Shown here: positions 17,187 to 25,984 of the stretch, in pieces
Numbering within the stretch: position 1 is the first letter of the stretch
Layout of the letters: each line of letters starts with the position of its first letter
NCBI GenBank assembly: GCA_051117555.1
Contig: JBNPEG010000142.1
Coordinates: forward strand, 1-28,648
Origin: Elainellaceae cyanobacterium
GTDB lineage: Bacteria; Cyanobacteriota; Cyanobacteriia; CAZCXK01
Length of the DNA stretch: 28,648 nucleotides
Direction: 5' to 3'
Program-made: the position numbers and the translations under genes
Notes under the pieces: model-generated
The model's input: only the letters and a program-made list of their open reading frames with translations
Databases searched by the model: none
Told to the model about the DNA's origin: nothing

Positions 17187-19583
17187 TTACCGAAACTGTT
17201 GATGTTGATCTGACCAGCGTCGCAAATGATAGGTCTGGGATGCGTCTTGAGCAATCAACGCTGAGTGGCGATCGCCTAAGATGGCCACTCCGAGCGATCG
17301 CCCAGAATACAAAACATCTCCTTGGTGAGATATCACCAACGTCTGGAGGGGCGAATGAGACGCATCTAGTTGAGACGGGCGTAGCGTAATCACCGCTTCG
17401 GCGTGGGCATCGCCTGTTAAATCAATCAGTTGAGTCGGAGATGAGCCCAGCCTGTTCAATAGATCGTCAGGTTTCATGGATGAGACGGATTGAGATGTGC
17501 TTGAGCCGTTGTGCAACTCCTCAGCGGACAGAATTTGCTCGATACGGGGCAGGATCAACGACGCCCATTCAGGATGTTGATCGCTAATGTCTCTCAGGGT
17601 TGATTGCCCGACGAGGGGAATTACTCGAATCGTGTCGGATGTAAACGCGAACAGGCTGCCCGACTCCGCTACGGTCAAAAAATCTCCTGTTAGCGCTGAG
17701 CCGACTGCAAGGAGTTCGACCCGTCCTGACTGGAGGCGAGCAGCCTGGAGGCGAACAGATAGCGTGTGCGATCGCCCATCGTCTGCCCAAAACATGAGCC
17801 GCAATCGAGTATCGGGAGTGATCCCAAAACGATCGATGAGCTGCCGAGCGGAGAGCTGGTTTAGATCGTCATTTGCAAAGGGCGATCGCGCTCCGTCTTG
17901 ACCCGCAAAGCGGTGCTCAACCTGGATGCGATACCAGGCTTGCTGATCTCCAAGGTCAGGGATTTGAGTCGAGTGTAAGCTCAGCCAGTCTGCGTCATTC
18001 ACTGCTGAAACAACGCTCGCGGTTCCGACTATTTGGTGGCTCACGGATTCCTCTAACGACGATGAGGACGAGGATGACGAGCGGGAGGAAACCGGAGATG
18101 GATTGAGCTGACTCAACACCGATTGAACTCGGTCACTCGCCTGGTCGCGTTGGGGATACTGACTCAACCAGGCGATCGCGGCTGCCTGATCCTGCTGGGT
18201 TGCCAGAATCAACGCTCCCCATGCCTGTACATCAAGCTGGTCTGGATTGACTCGAAGCGCAGTTTCAATTCGCTCCCACACCTGTCCTGACTGATCCGCC
18301 AATATAGGGGTTACATCTTGATCGGTTTCGAGCGCCGTTTTCAAAATCTCGAATGCAGAGTCCCAGCGTCCGTCAATCAGATTAGCGATTAGCTGCTGTC
18401 CTGGACTCGCCCAGGTACGCTCTGCTTGCGCTTGAGTCACGCGAGCATGAAGGGCGATCGCATCCAATTGGGCTTGCGCCTCTAGCGACCAATCTTGAAT
18501 CTGCTGGCGGACAGCTTGAAGCTGACGCAGCGCAGGCGACCATAGGCCGCTGCGAGCTAGCAACAGTCCCCGTTCATAATCGGGATGAGGCAGGGCAGGC
18601 TGCGTCAAGCTAATTTCTCGCAATCGCACAGGACGCCCGAGCCCTCGAGGAGCCAGTTGATAAATGTCAAACTGGGGTTCTAGCCCAAGGGTTTGATCGA
18701 CAACTAGCGACGGAGTTTGAGCCGTGATGGGTTTCCAGGCGGGCAGCGTATTGGCTGGACTGGTCCACTGCAACATCAGCGACAGGCGATGGCGTTCAGA
18801 ATCGTAATAGACAACCTGACCATATAACGCGCGATGTCTGCCTTTCATCCACTCTCCAACCAGATGAAGCCAGATTCCCTCTGCGGGTGAAGCATCTCCT
18901 GGAATGAACTGAACGCGATCTAGGGGAAGTGTTCGAGCCGACCCTGGACTTGCTATTCCAAGTGGAATAAAAGGCGCGACGACAAATGATTCATCCGGCC
19001 CAGACACTGCGACCCGCTCAATCAAAACCCAGAGCGTCTCGTCAGCAGACCCTGAGGAAAATTGGTCGGCTAAGGGAGTATTTTCAATCGGGCGATAGAC
19101 TCGGAGTTCGGCAATGTGCCCACATTCCAGCGAAAACGGCACACTGTCTGAGCTAGATGCAGTCTCCAGGCAATGAGGACGACGGGATAGGATAGGCAAC
19201 AACACATCGGAGTCATCGCTGAGACCGCGTGTGTTAGAGCTAGACGCTAGCGGCAGCAGAGTTCCGGAACGTAATCCGTCTTGAACTAACGCGGCTTGAA
19301 TCTTGGATAACGTCTGGGGCGAATGTTTAAACGGGTTGCGATTTTGAAGCGGCAAGACTCGATTGAGCCACGTGACCGACTCTGGATTGAGTATAAGCTG
19401 GACAGCGAGCCATCCTCCGCTGCCGATGAGGCCAATCGTGCTGATGAGCAGCCCGCTCGCCATCAGAAAGACTTTGATTGAAACACGGTGTCGAGGACCT
19501 GCCGATCTCGCCTTTTGTGAATGCGATTGAGATCGAGAATTGCGGGGCGATCGCCCCGATGAGTTGTGAAGATGATGGCTCAT
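17187..19583 (-). CDS. Large membrane-anchored hypothetical protein with a central helical/TPR-like region
   Basis: 798-aa ORF with a basic N-terminus, one TM helix (aa ~38-63), a helical segment YERGLLLARSGLWSPAL and a DLTGD loop near the C-terminus. Confidence 0.75.
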   Translation of the reverse strand: MSHHLHNSSGRSPRNSRSQSHSQKARSAGPRHRVSIKVFLMASGLLISTIGLIGSGGWLAVQLILNPESVTWLNRVLPLQNRNPFKHSPQTLSKIQAALVQDGLRSGTLLPLASSSNTRGLSDDSDVLLPILSRRPHCLETASSSDSVPFSLECGHIAELRVYRPIENTPLADQFSSGSADETLWVLIERVAVSGPDESFVVAPFIPLGIASPGSARTLPLDRVQFIPGDASPAEGIWLHLVGEWMKGRHRALYGQVVYYDSERHRLSLMLQWTSPANTLPAWKPITAQTPSLVVDQTLGLEPQFDIYQLAPRGLGRPVRLREISLTQPALPHPDYERGLLLARSGLWSPALRQLQAVRQQIQDWSLEAQAQLDAIALHARVTQAQAERTWASPGQQLIANLIDGRWDSAFEILKTALETDQDVTPILADQSGQVWERIETALRVNPDQLDVQAWGALILATQQDQAAAIAWLSQYPQRDQASDRVQSVLSQLNPSPVSSRSSSSSSSSLEESVSHQIVGTASVVSAVNDADWLSLHSTQIPDLGDQQAWYRIQVEHRFAGQDGARSPFANDDLNQLSARQLIDRFGITPDTRLRLMFWADDGRSHTLSVRLQAARLQSGRVELLAVGSALTGDFLTVAESGSLFAFTSDTIRVIPLVGQSTLRDISDQHPEWASLILPRIEQILSAEELHNGSSTSQSVSSMKPDDLLNRLGSSPTQLIDLTGDAHAEAVITLRPSQLDASHSPLQTLVISHQGDVLYSGRSLGVAILGDRHSALIAQDASQTYHLRRWSDQHQQFR

Positions 19584-19606
19584 CCCTAACTCCTAGACCC
19601 AGGGAC

Positions 19607-19641
19607 TTGGATTTTGGATTTTGGATTTTGGATTTTGGACT
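19607..19641. repeat. STRR-type heptamer tandem repeat (TTGGATT)x5
   Basis: Four perfect units plus TTGGACT; typical of filamentous cyanobacteria. Confidence 0.9.
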
Positions 19642-19702
19642 TACAAACACCCATGCTGAAAGGATTCTAGCCTTTGCATCTGTCGTGTTTAGAGAAGTGG
19701 TG

Positions 19703-20926
19703 TTACCGAGTTAGCACGTGTTCATAGCGCTCTCCAGCACGTTCCCAAGTATACGTGCTTTCCACGAGCGATCGCCCATTTTGAGACAATTGCAGGCGTA
19801 AATCAGGCTGCTCAAACAATTGGCTAATGGCATCAACATAGTCTTCGATTTGATTGGCTCGAAGTGCCCGTGGCACCCCATCCCCGTCGACCTCCAACCC
19901 CTCAAGACCGCGATCGCTCCCAACAATAGGAACTCCGGCTGCCATTGCTTCTAGCGTCTTATTCTTAATGCCAAAGCCGGTTCGTAGGGGCACTACACAG
20001 ACGGTTGCCTGATGCAGATAGTCAACCACAGATGGCACTTTACCCGTAACCGTGACGCCTGGAACCTCTTGAAGAGCAAGGGCTGCCGGAGTAGGACGCG
20101 CCCCTACAATACTGAGATGGGTATCAGGATAGCGCTGACGCACCCTGGGCAACACGTCTTTGACAAAAAACTGCATCGCGTCAACATTGTGCGAACCGTC
20201 CATAGCGCCCACGAACACCAGATGATGCCCGCCTAAATCAGCGGTTCGATAGCGGAACGTATCGAGATCTACACCGTTGGGAATGACCTGTGAGGGCATG
20301 CCAGGACACATCTCAGCAAGCTGCTGCTGGTCATCTGGGGTGGTGACAACAATGGTGGAAAATTGCTGCGCAAAGCGACGCTCATACCGATAACTCGACG
20401 ACAAATATAGGCGATCGCGCAATACATCATCGGATGCTTTCATTCTCAGGTGATTGAGCGTCCAATTGTAGCCAAGACTATGGGCATTCAGGACTGTTTT
20501 GAGCGAGGTCTGAAACCTCGGACGAATATAGATTGCATTGACGCTATGCTCGCAGGTGATCGCATCAAACGCCTGTATTCTAACTTGGTGGTTTATCCAC
20601 GCTTGAAGCTCGCGAGAATAGCGATGCAGCACATTTGGCGGCGTGCCTTTGGCAACTGAGGTCGCCAACCGTCCGAGTTTATTGAATGAATTTAAGCGAC
20701 GATACAAGCTAGATTGCAAGGTTTGGGGTTGAGAAAATAGAGCCAGCGTGTCAACAAAATTTTCTAAGCCCTGGATGTCATCGTCAGTCACATCGGGCGA
20801 TCGCTGCGTGGCAAGTGTGACTAAATGGCGATCGCATAGGTATTTGAGCAAATTAAACGTTCTGACCTCAGTCCCTCCCCGGCTGGGTGGATATGGAAAG
20901 GTCGATGAGATCATGAGGATACGCAT
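19703..20926 (-). CDS. Glycosyltransferase family 4
   Basis: MRILMISSTFPYPPSRGG, IPNGVD and GIKNKTLEAMAAGVPIV. Start placed at ATG 20926. Confidence 0.92.
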   Translation of the reverse strand: MRILMISSTFPYPPSRGGTEVRTFNLLKYLCDRHLVTLATQRSPDVTDDDIQGLENFVDTLALFSQPQTLQSSLYRRLNSFNKLGRLATSVAKGTPPNVLHRYSRELQAWINHQVRIQAFDAITCEHSVNAIYIRPRFQTSLKTVLNAHSLGYNWTLNHLRMKASDDVLRDRLYLSSSYRYERRFAQQFSTIVVTTPDDQQQLAEMCPGMPSQVIPNGVDLDTFRYRTADLGGHHLVFVGAMDGSHNVDAMQFFVKDVLPRVRQRYPDTHLSIVGARPTPAALALQEVPGVTVTGKVPSVVDYLHQATVCVVPLRTGFGIKNKTLEAMAAGVPIVGSDRGLEGLEVDGDGVPRALRANQIEDYVDAISQLFEQPDLRLQLSQNGRSLVESTYTWERAGERYEHVLTR

Positions 20927-20997
20927 GAGGGAATCAAAGGGGTAAGAATATAGGATATGAGGATAAATCAAGTGACCGGAAACTCGTCACTCCAGAC

Positions 20998-22086
20998 TTA
21001 ATGAATGGCTAAATGCTGTTCAATTCGATCAACGACTTCAGCCGACACGGCTTCCCAGCGTCGATCTTGGACATACGCTTTGGCCTGTCGGCCCAGCTTT
21101 AGTCTCAGAGTCTCATCCGTGATGCAGGATTCAATTAAAGCGGCTAGCGTTTTAGCGTCACCGGGGTCGTGGAGCAACCCATTCTCGCCATGCTGAATCA
21201 GATCTCGCTGACCACAGCAATCCGTGGTGATGCAGCACCGCCCTGCTTCCATCGCTTGCAGAAGTGATAGCGGCTGCCCTTCAAAGAAGCTAGGCAACGC
21301 AAAGATATTGGAACGTGCCAAGATGTCAGACTCTGCGTTGCGAGGAAATTTAGGAAGGACTTCAACGCTGTCTCGGAGGTCGTCATCCCACTCGTTCAAT
21401 ATCGAGTCGCGATCGCCTCCGGTTCCAGCCAGTAACCAATGGATTTTGAACCCGTTTCGGTGCAAAATCTTGGCAGCCTCGATGAGGGTATAAATACCTT
21501 TGCGCTCCAGCCAGGTTGCTAGAAATGAGACCGTTATGCGATCGCCCGGCTGCTGAGTTTCATCTAAATCAAGCGGATACACGCCATTTCTAAACACAAA
21601 AATGTCGCCAGAATCCCGATGATAAAACGAGTGTGCAAATTCAACATCTTCATAATTGCTAAATAGCAGCGTGTCGGCACGTTTGACCCCTTGATCGCAG
21701 GGACGCAGTCGCCAAATCGGAAACAATATGCGCGTCTTCCAACTGACCTGTCGCCCTCGTTGAAGCCCGAGTTCCCACGATCGCCGATCTAAGCCGTGGC
21801 TAAAAATCGCAGCCGGGGAATTGCGGTTGAGGAAAAAGCTAGAAGACGCTTCATGCACTAAAAAAAATGTCGCCGTGCGTCCAAGTTTTTGATAGGTTCG
21901 ATAAGCGGCATAGGGAAACAGCGCACTGTGGGGCAGTTCGCCGACTTCATGGGGACCAATATGGACATAGTCATAGCCTCGACGTTCCAGTTCGTTTTTC
22001 CAGTGCCAAGCAATGCGTCCCATGCCTGACTCTTCCGACACATGAATATCCGCCACATGAACAACAAGCTTTTGAGAAAGAGCCAT
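20998..22086 (-). CDS. Glycosyltransferase family 4
   Basis: RKG, PSFFEGQPLSLLQAMEAG and DLIQHGENGLL. Confidence 0.92.
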   Translation of the reverse strand: MALSQKLVVHVADIHVSEESGMGRIAWHWKNELERRGYDYVHIGPHEVGELPHSALFPYAAYRTYQKLGRTATFFLVHEASSSFFLNRNSPAAIFSHGLDRRSWELGLQRGRQVSWKTRILFPIWRLRPCDQGVKRADTLLFSNYEDVEFAHSFYHRDSGDIFVFRNGVYPLDLDETQQPGDRITVSFLATWLERKGIYTLIEAAKILHRNGFKIHWLLAGTGGDRDSILNEWDDDLRDSVEVLPKFPRNAESDILARSNIFALPSFFEGQPLSLLQAMEAGRCCITTDCCGQRDLIQHGENGLLHDPGDAKTLAALIESCITDETLRLKLGRQAKAYVQDRRWEAVSAEVVDRIEQHLAIH

Positions 22087-22139
22087 GATGCAATTCCTTC
22101 GGTAGGACGAAATGGGTAATACGTCAGTGCGATACTAAG

Positions 22140-22200
22140 GGCTTGTTAAAAAATAACCTCATGGTGGTGCGTCATGCTGGCGCAACAGCACCCTACGGCT
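22140..22200 (-). repeat. GTAG-type REP-like dispersed repeat (empty copy)
   Basis: Reverse complement AGCCGTAGGGTGCTGTTGCGCCAGCATGACGCACCACCATGAGGTTATTTTTTAACAAGCC is homologous to 7758-7845. Confidence 0.75.
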
Positions 22201-22237
22201 GTTTGGCAAAAATAAGCCGACCCTTTAAGTGCGGGCA

Positions 22238-22280
22238 TCATACCCGTAGTGTGAGCGACTCGCTCACACTACGGGTATGA
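22238..22280. repeat. Perfect 43-bp palindrome (21-bp arms, 1-nt centre)
   Basis: TCATACCCGTAGTGTGAGCGA-C-TCGCTCACACTACGGGTATGA. Confidence 0.9.
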
Positions 22281-22420
22281 AACTTCCGCCATCTTGTACT
22301 AGTGCGATCGCATCAAACTCACCATTCCTCTCATTTCTGCACTACAACCTTGCTGAGCGTCAACAGGCTCGTTACTCAAATCTTTATGGTCAGATGCCGC
22401 TCTGACATGGACTCTGTCAC

Positions 22421-25400
22421 CTAGTAGGGCTGAGATGGTAGGTCTTCGAATAGAGAATCAAGCGTTTTAACCCCGTCACCAGACTCTTCAACGTCATTCA
22501 ACTCGATAGAATCGTCAGCGTGGGAGGTGGGAATTTGCTCGGAGGGGCGATACGGGCTACGCCCAGGCAAGCCAACGCTCTCATGGGTGTTTGATACGTC
22601 ATGAACTGATGCACCCGTGTCTAACCGATTATTGCTAGCCTGATCACCATTGAGGGTATGAGGAAAAGGAGGACTGAGAGGGTCGCATGCCTGCCCATCC
22701 AGGACGAACATAAAATCGTCTAGCGTTTGAGCATTAGGTTGCGTGTCTTCTGAATCGTGCGTTTCCTCAACCTGATTCGCGTGAGCCGAAAAATTGACGA
22801 GCGTTTGAGCCGAACGATTTGTAACGTCAGAGGCAGAGGGTGAATAGGTCGCTAACGCCAATCGATGCCCTGTCGAGCCAAGCTCATAGACGACATGATT
22901 GGCATTTACCAACGATGTAGGAGAGTTTTCAAGAGGTGCATCGTCTGGTGCAATCGGAAGCGTCTCATTCGATGGGGTGTCGAGGCAAGAATAGCCAGCT
23001 TGAGGCGCATCATCCTGCGACGTTTCTCCAGACTGAGCGGGGGGCGTCCAATCGGATGAGAGGTGACGCATCTGAGACGAGGAGCCATCCACAGATTCGT
23101 TAGCAGCCGATTTATGACCAGGGTCATTAGCAGAATTATCAACCGGCATCCCCCCATGCCTGACATCAGCAGACCTAGATTGCGCAAGCTCGTGCTCAGG
23201 CTCGTCTTGCTCAAGCTCAACGTCCGTGTCGGTTTCCTCGGCATCCGCCGGACGGGGTGTATGAGCAATAACAGTCGCTTGGGTAGATGAAGGTTGAGAT
23301 TGAATCTCTGCCTGGCACTTTGCGAGTGCATTGAGCGCCCGCTGAGCATTTGCCATGCTATCTTGCTCTTCAAATAGCTTGGCTGCGGCCTCGAAATCAG
23401 CCATTGCAGAGGTATTATTCTCTTGGTGTCGATATGCGACCGCTCGATAATAGTAGGCGATCGCCGACTCTGGAGCATACCAGATGGATTGACTGTAGTC
23501 TGAAATTGCTCCGTGATAGTCGTTGAGATTTTGGCACGCCGCGCCGCGATAGAAATAGGCGATCGCAGACTCAGGCTGCACTTGAATCGCGAGGCTATAA
23601 TCCGCGATCGCCCCATATAGATCCCCGCGCTCTGCTCGGATAAACCCCCGGTTACAATAGGCAGAAATCTGAAACGGATCAATATCAATGGAGTCAGAAA
23701 AATCTTGAATGGCGCCTGGATGATCGCCTCGGTCATAGCGCACAATGCCGCGCATATTCCGCGTCGCGGGGTCATCGGTATTAACCGCCAAGATGCAGTT
23801 TAGATCGGCAGTTGCGCCTGACTTATCGCCCAATTCATAGCGGGTTACCGCTCGATTCCAATATGCTCGCACATCCTCTTGATCGAGTATCGGATTCTCA
23901 AACCGATCGATCAAACGCTGAATTACATCGTCGTTAGTCGTGCGCAGCTTAAGCTCGACGTTTTGAAACACAGTTGCCGTGCTTAATGCATCCGTGATTC
24001 CTAAGACGGCAAAGCTATGGTCAGAGACTAAAAAATTCTCAACCGTGCCTAGCACCTTGAATCGAAAATGTTTAGGATAAGCACGCTTGAGTTGGAGAAA
24101 CTGCTGGAGCGTCGTTTGAAGCTCATTCTTTTGCAGCGGATCAAGCCGCCACTGTCGCCCCACCGGCGTTAAGAATCGCTCGTGGTGAGGATTAGTGGTA
24201 TGACACCATCCCAAATCGAGATGCCCGTCGCGATTGAGAAATTGATGAAACTTTTTCATCAGTGTCTCATCGAGCGGGCACTGCATTGACCAAGGCCAGA
24301 TCAAAATCAGGCGATCGCGTGTCTTTTTTAATGCCTCTTCCAAAACAACTCGGCTGCCCGCCATTGCCTGACCGATAAAATCAGCATCAGACGACGATTT
24401 CAAGTCAAACACAAACTCGTAAGGAGGCACATCGGGCAACGTCTGGAGCTGCTCATTAACGGTTTGCAATTCACGGCGCAGCGTTTTCTCAATCTGCGCT
24501 TGAAATTGAGGTGCATTCGGCAGCGTCTGCAAGTGCTGGTTAAGCAACCGCAATTCTTGATTGAGCGTTTCTTCCATTTGAGAGCGAAACTGAGGAAAAT
24601 CAGGCAACTCCTGGAGCTGCTGATAAACATCTCTCATTTCTTGCCGGAGATGTTCATTGTTGTGACGCTGAGCATCTTGCTGATGTTGAAGGGTTTGGAT
24701 TTGTTCGAGTAGAGCGTTTAAATCTCGCTTGGGCACCAAGTCAGCGATCATGCGGGTCAGTTCGGTCAACTCTTCGCGAAGCGAGGTCGGATCAAGGGGG
24801 GGCGGCAGGTTTCTAAACTGTTGACGAAGATGCCCCAAGCCTTCATCGAGTTCAGAAAAATTCAGTTTGACATTGCTTGATAACCCTTGCAATGTCTCTT
24901 TGAGCGCGATCGTATCGGTTTGGAGTTGGGCGATCGCCCGTTCAGACTCTTCGATACGGTTTGACGCAATGATTTTATGCACAGAGGTATGCAGGTTTGC
25001 CAGAGCCACATGCACCTCGTTGTACTGATCTCGGAGATACGCGATATCGTGGCGAATGGGGCCAACACTCTGCTTCTCAACATGAGCCAATCGCCGCAGC
25101 ATATCCTGCTGAACGTCAGCCACCTGCGATCGGACATCATCTAACTTTTCGCGATTATGCCGAAGGACAGAATTTCGTAAACTGCCTACCATTTCGGGCG
25201 TAGGCAATTCTGCCACGTGTTGATTCAAGAGTTCGATATGTTTGGTGAGCCGCTGGTCTAGCTCTATGAAAACAGACCGAGTTTGCTGCTCGGTCATCGC
25301 TTCGAGCCGTCGCCGATTAATCAAATTCATCAAGACGGCAATTGACAGCGGTGCTGACGTGTAGAGCACCTGCTTGGAAAGCACCGTCGCAACTGACCCA

Positions 25401-25459
25401 ACGCCTAGTCCGACGAGCGAGGCGTATTCTAAATACTCTGACCAACGACGATTCTTCAA
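22421..25459 (-). CDS. Membrane-anchored coiled-coil / PLD-like / TPR protein with an acidic tail
   Basis: N-terminal hydrophobic hairpin, long coiled coil, PLD-like region at aa ~368-520, TPRs (AYWNRA, AYCNRG, AYFYRG, AYYYRA) and a disordered Asp/Glu/Ser-rich C-terminus. Confidence 0.85.
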   Translation of the reverse strand: MKNRRWSEYLEYASLVGLGVGSVATVLSKQVLYTSAPLSIAVLMNLINRRRLEAMTEQQTRSVFIELDQRLTKHIELLNQHVAELPTPEMVGSLRNSVLRHNREKLDDVRSQVADVQQDMLRRLAHVEKQSVGPIRHDIAYLRDQYNEVHVALANLHTSVHKIIASNRIEESERAIAQLQTDTIALKETLQGLSSNVKLNFSELDEGLGHLRQQFRNLPPPLDPTSLREELTELTRMIADLVPKRDLNALLEQIQTLQHQQDAQRHNNEHLRQEMRDVYQQLQELPDFPQFRSQMEETLNQELRLLNQHLQTLPNAPQFQAQIEKTLRRELQTVNEQLQTLPDVPPYEFVFDLKSSSDADFIGQAMAGSRVVLEEALKKTRDRLILIWPWSMQCPLDETLMKKFHQFLNRDGHLDLGWCHTTNPHHERFLTPVGRQWRLDPLQKNELQTTLQQFLQLKRAYPKHFRFKVLGTVENFLVSDHSFAVLGITDALSTATVFQNVELKLRTTNDDVIQRLIDRFENPILDQEDVRAYWNRAVTRYELGDKSGATADLNCILAVNTDDPATRNMRGIVRYDRGDHPGAIQDFSDSIDIDPFQISAYCNRGFIRAERGDLYGAIADYSLAIQVQPESAIAYFYRGAACQNLNDYHGAISDYSQSIWYAPESAIAYYYRAVAYRHQENNTSAMADFEAAAKLFEEQDSMANAQRALNALAKCQAEIQSQPSSTQATVIAHTPRPADAEETDTDVELEQDEPEHELAQSRSADVRHGGMPVDNSANDPGHKSAANESVDGSSSQMRHLSSDWTPPAQSGETSQDDAPQAGYSCLDTPSNETLPIAPDDAPLENSPTSLVNANHVVYELGSTGHRLALATYSPSASDVTNRSAQTLVNFSAHANQVEETHDSEDTQPNAQTLDDFMFVLDGQACDPLSPPFPHTLNGDQASNNRLDTGASVHDVSNTHESVGLPGRSPYRPSEQIPTSHADDSIELNDVEESGDGVKTLDSLFEDLPSQPY

Positions 25460-25497
25460 GGCTTAAACCGGTAGATTCAAAATGAACAGTGGCTCAC

Positions 25498-25590
25498 TAT
25501 AGCCCATCGGGCTTAGTCTATCTGTAGAACTCACGCACCGTCTGGGTTTTACAGAGGTTTGACGTCCTAACGCAAGAGCGTAGGGCTATA
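25498..25590 (+). mobile_element. MITE-like element, TATAGCCC family, copy B
   Basis: TATAGCCC...GGGCTATA terminal inverted repeats. Internal TCTGTAGAAC...GTTTTACAGA hairpin. Flanks match copy A. Confidence 0.75.
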
Positions 25591-25984
25591 AAGCTAGGGG
25601 ACCCTTAAACATATTGCGAATTATTCGTCTTTTCTAGAAATTTGAGTACCAATCAGGAAATTCTCTTTTCAAAAATAATTTTTCAGTAGATCCTCGGATG
25701 CCCCGAAAATTCTTGAATTGCCTTGATTTTGGTCGATACGCGCCTTAGGAGATAACGTATTTTATTTAAATTTATCGGAACATAACATCGCCGGGAGGAG
25801 TCTACGTGTTTTTACGGTCTACTCTGGCTACCGAGAGAAGGTGTCGCTTCGCTGAAATGTCAATGCGATCGCTCCCAGATTCTCCAGAACCTCCAGATCC
25901 CCGGCTTCTGTGTGAAATATAGACTGTTCATGAAGACCTCATTTAGAAGCCAGGAATCTCATCTCCTAGACACTAGCCGTCACG

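Noticed and set aside
19327..19650. ORF beginning MFVSPKSKIQNPKSK
   Set aside because: It is simply the translation of the heptamer STRR repeat and overlaps the 798-aa gene.
22906..23775. 289-aa alternative-frame ORF inside the TPR gene
   Set aside because: The main frame has intact TPR consensus here and needs no frameshift. The alternative product is Arg/Ser/Leu-rich with no motifs, so it is treated as a shadow ORF.
25872..25900. Short CTCCAGA-type repeats
   Set aside because: Three degenerate 9-bp units; most likely simple slippage.
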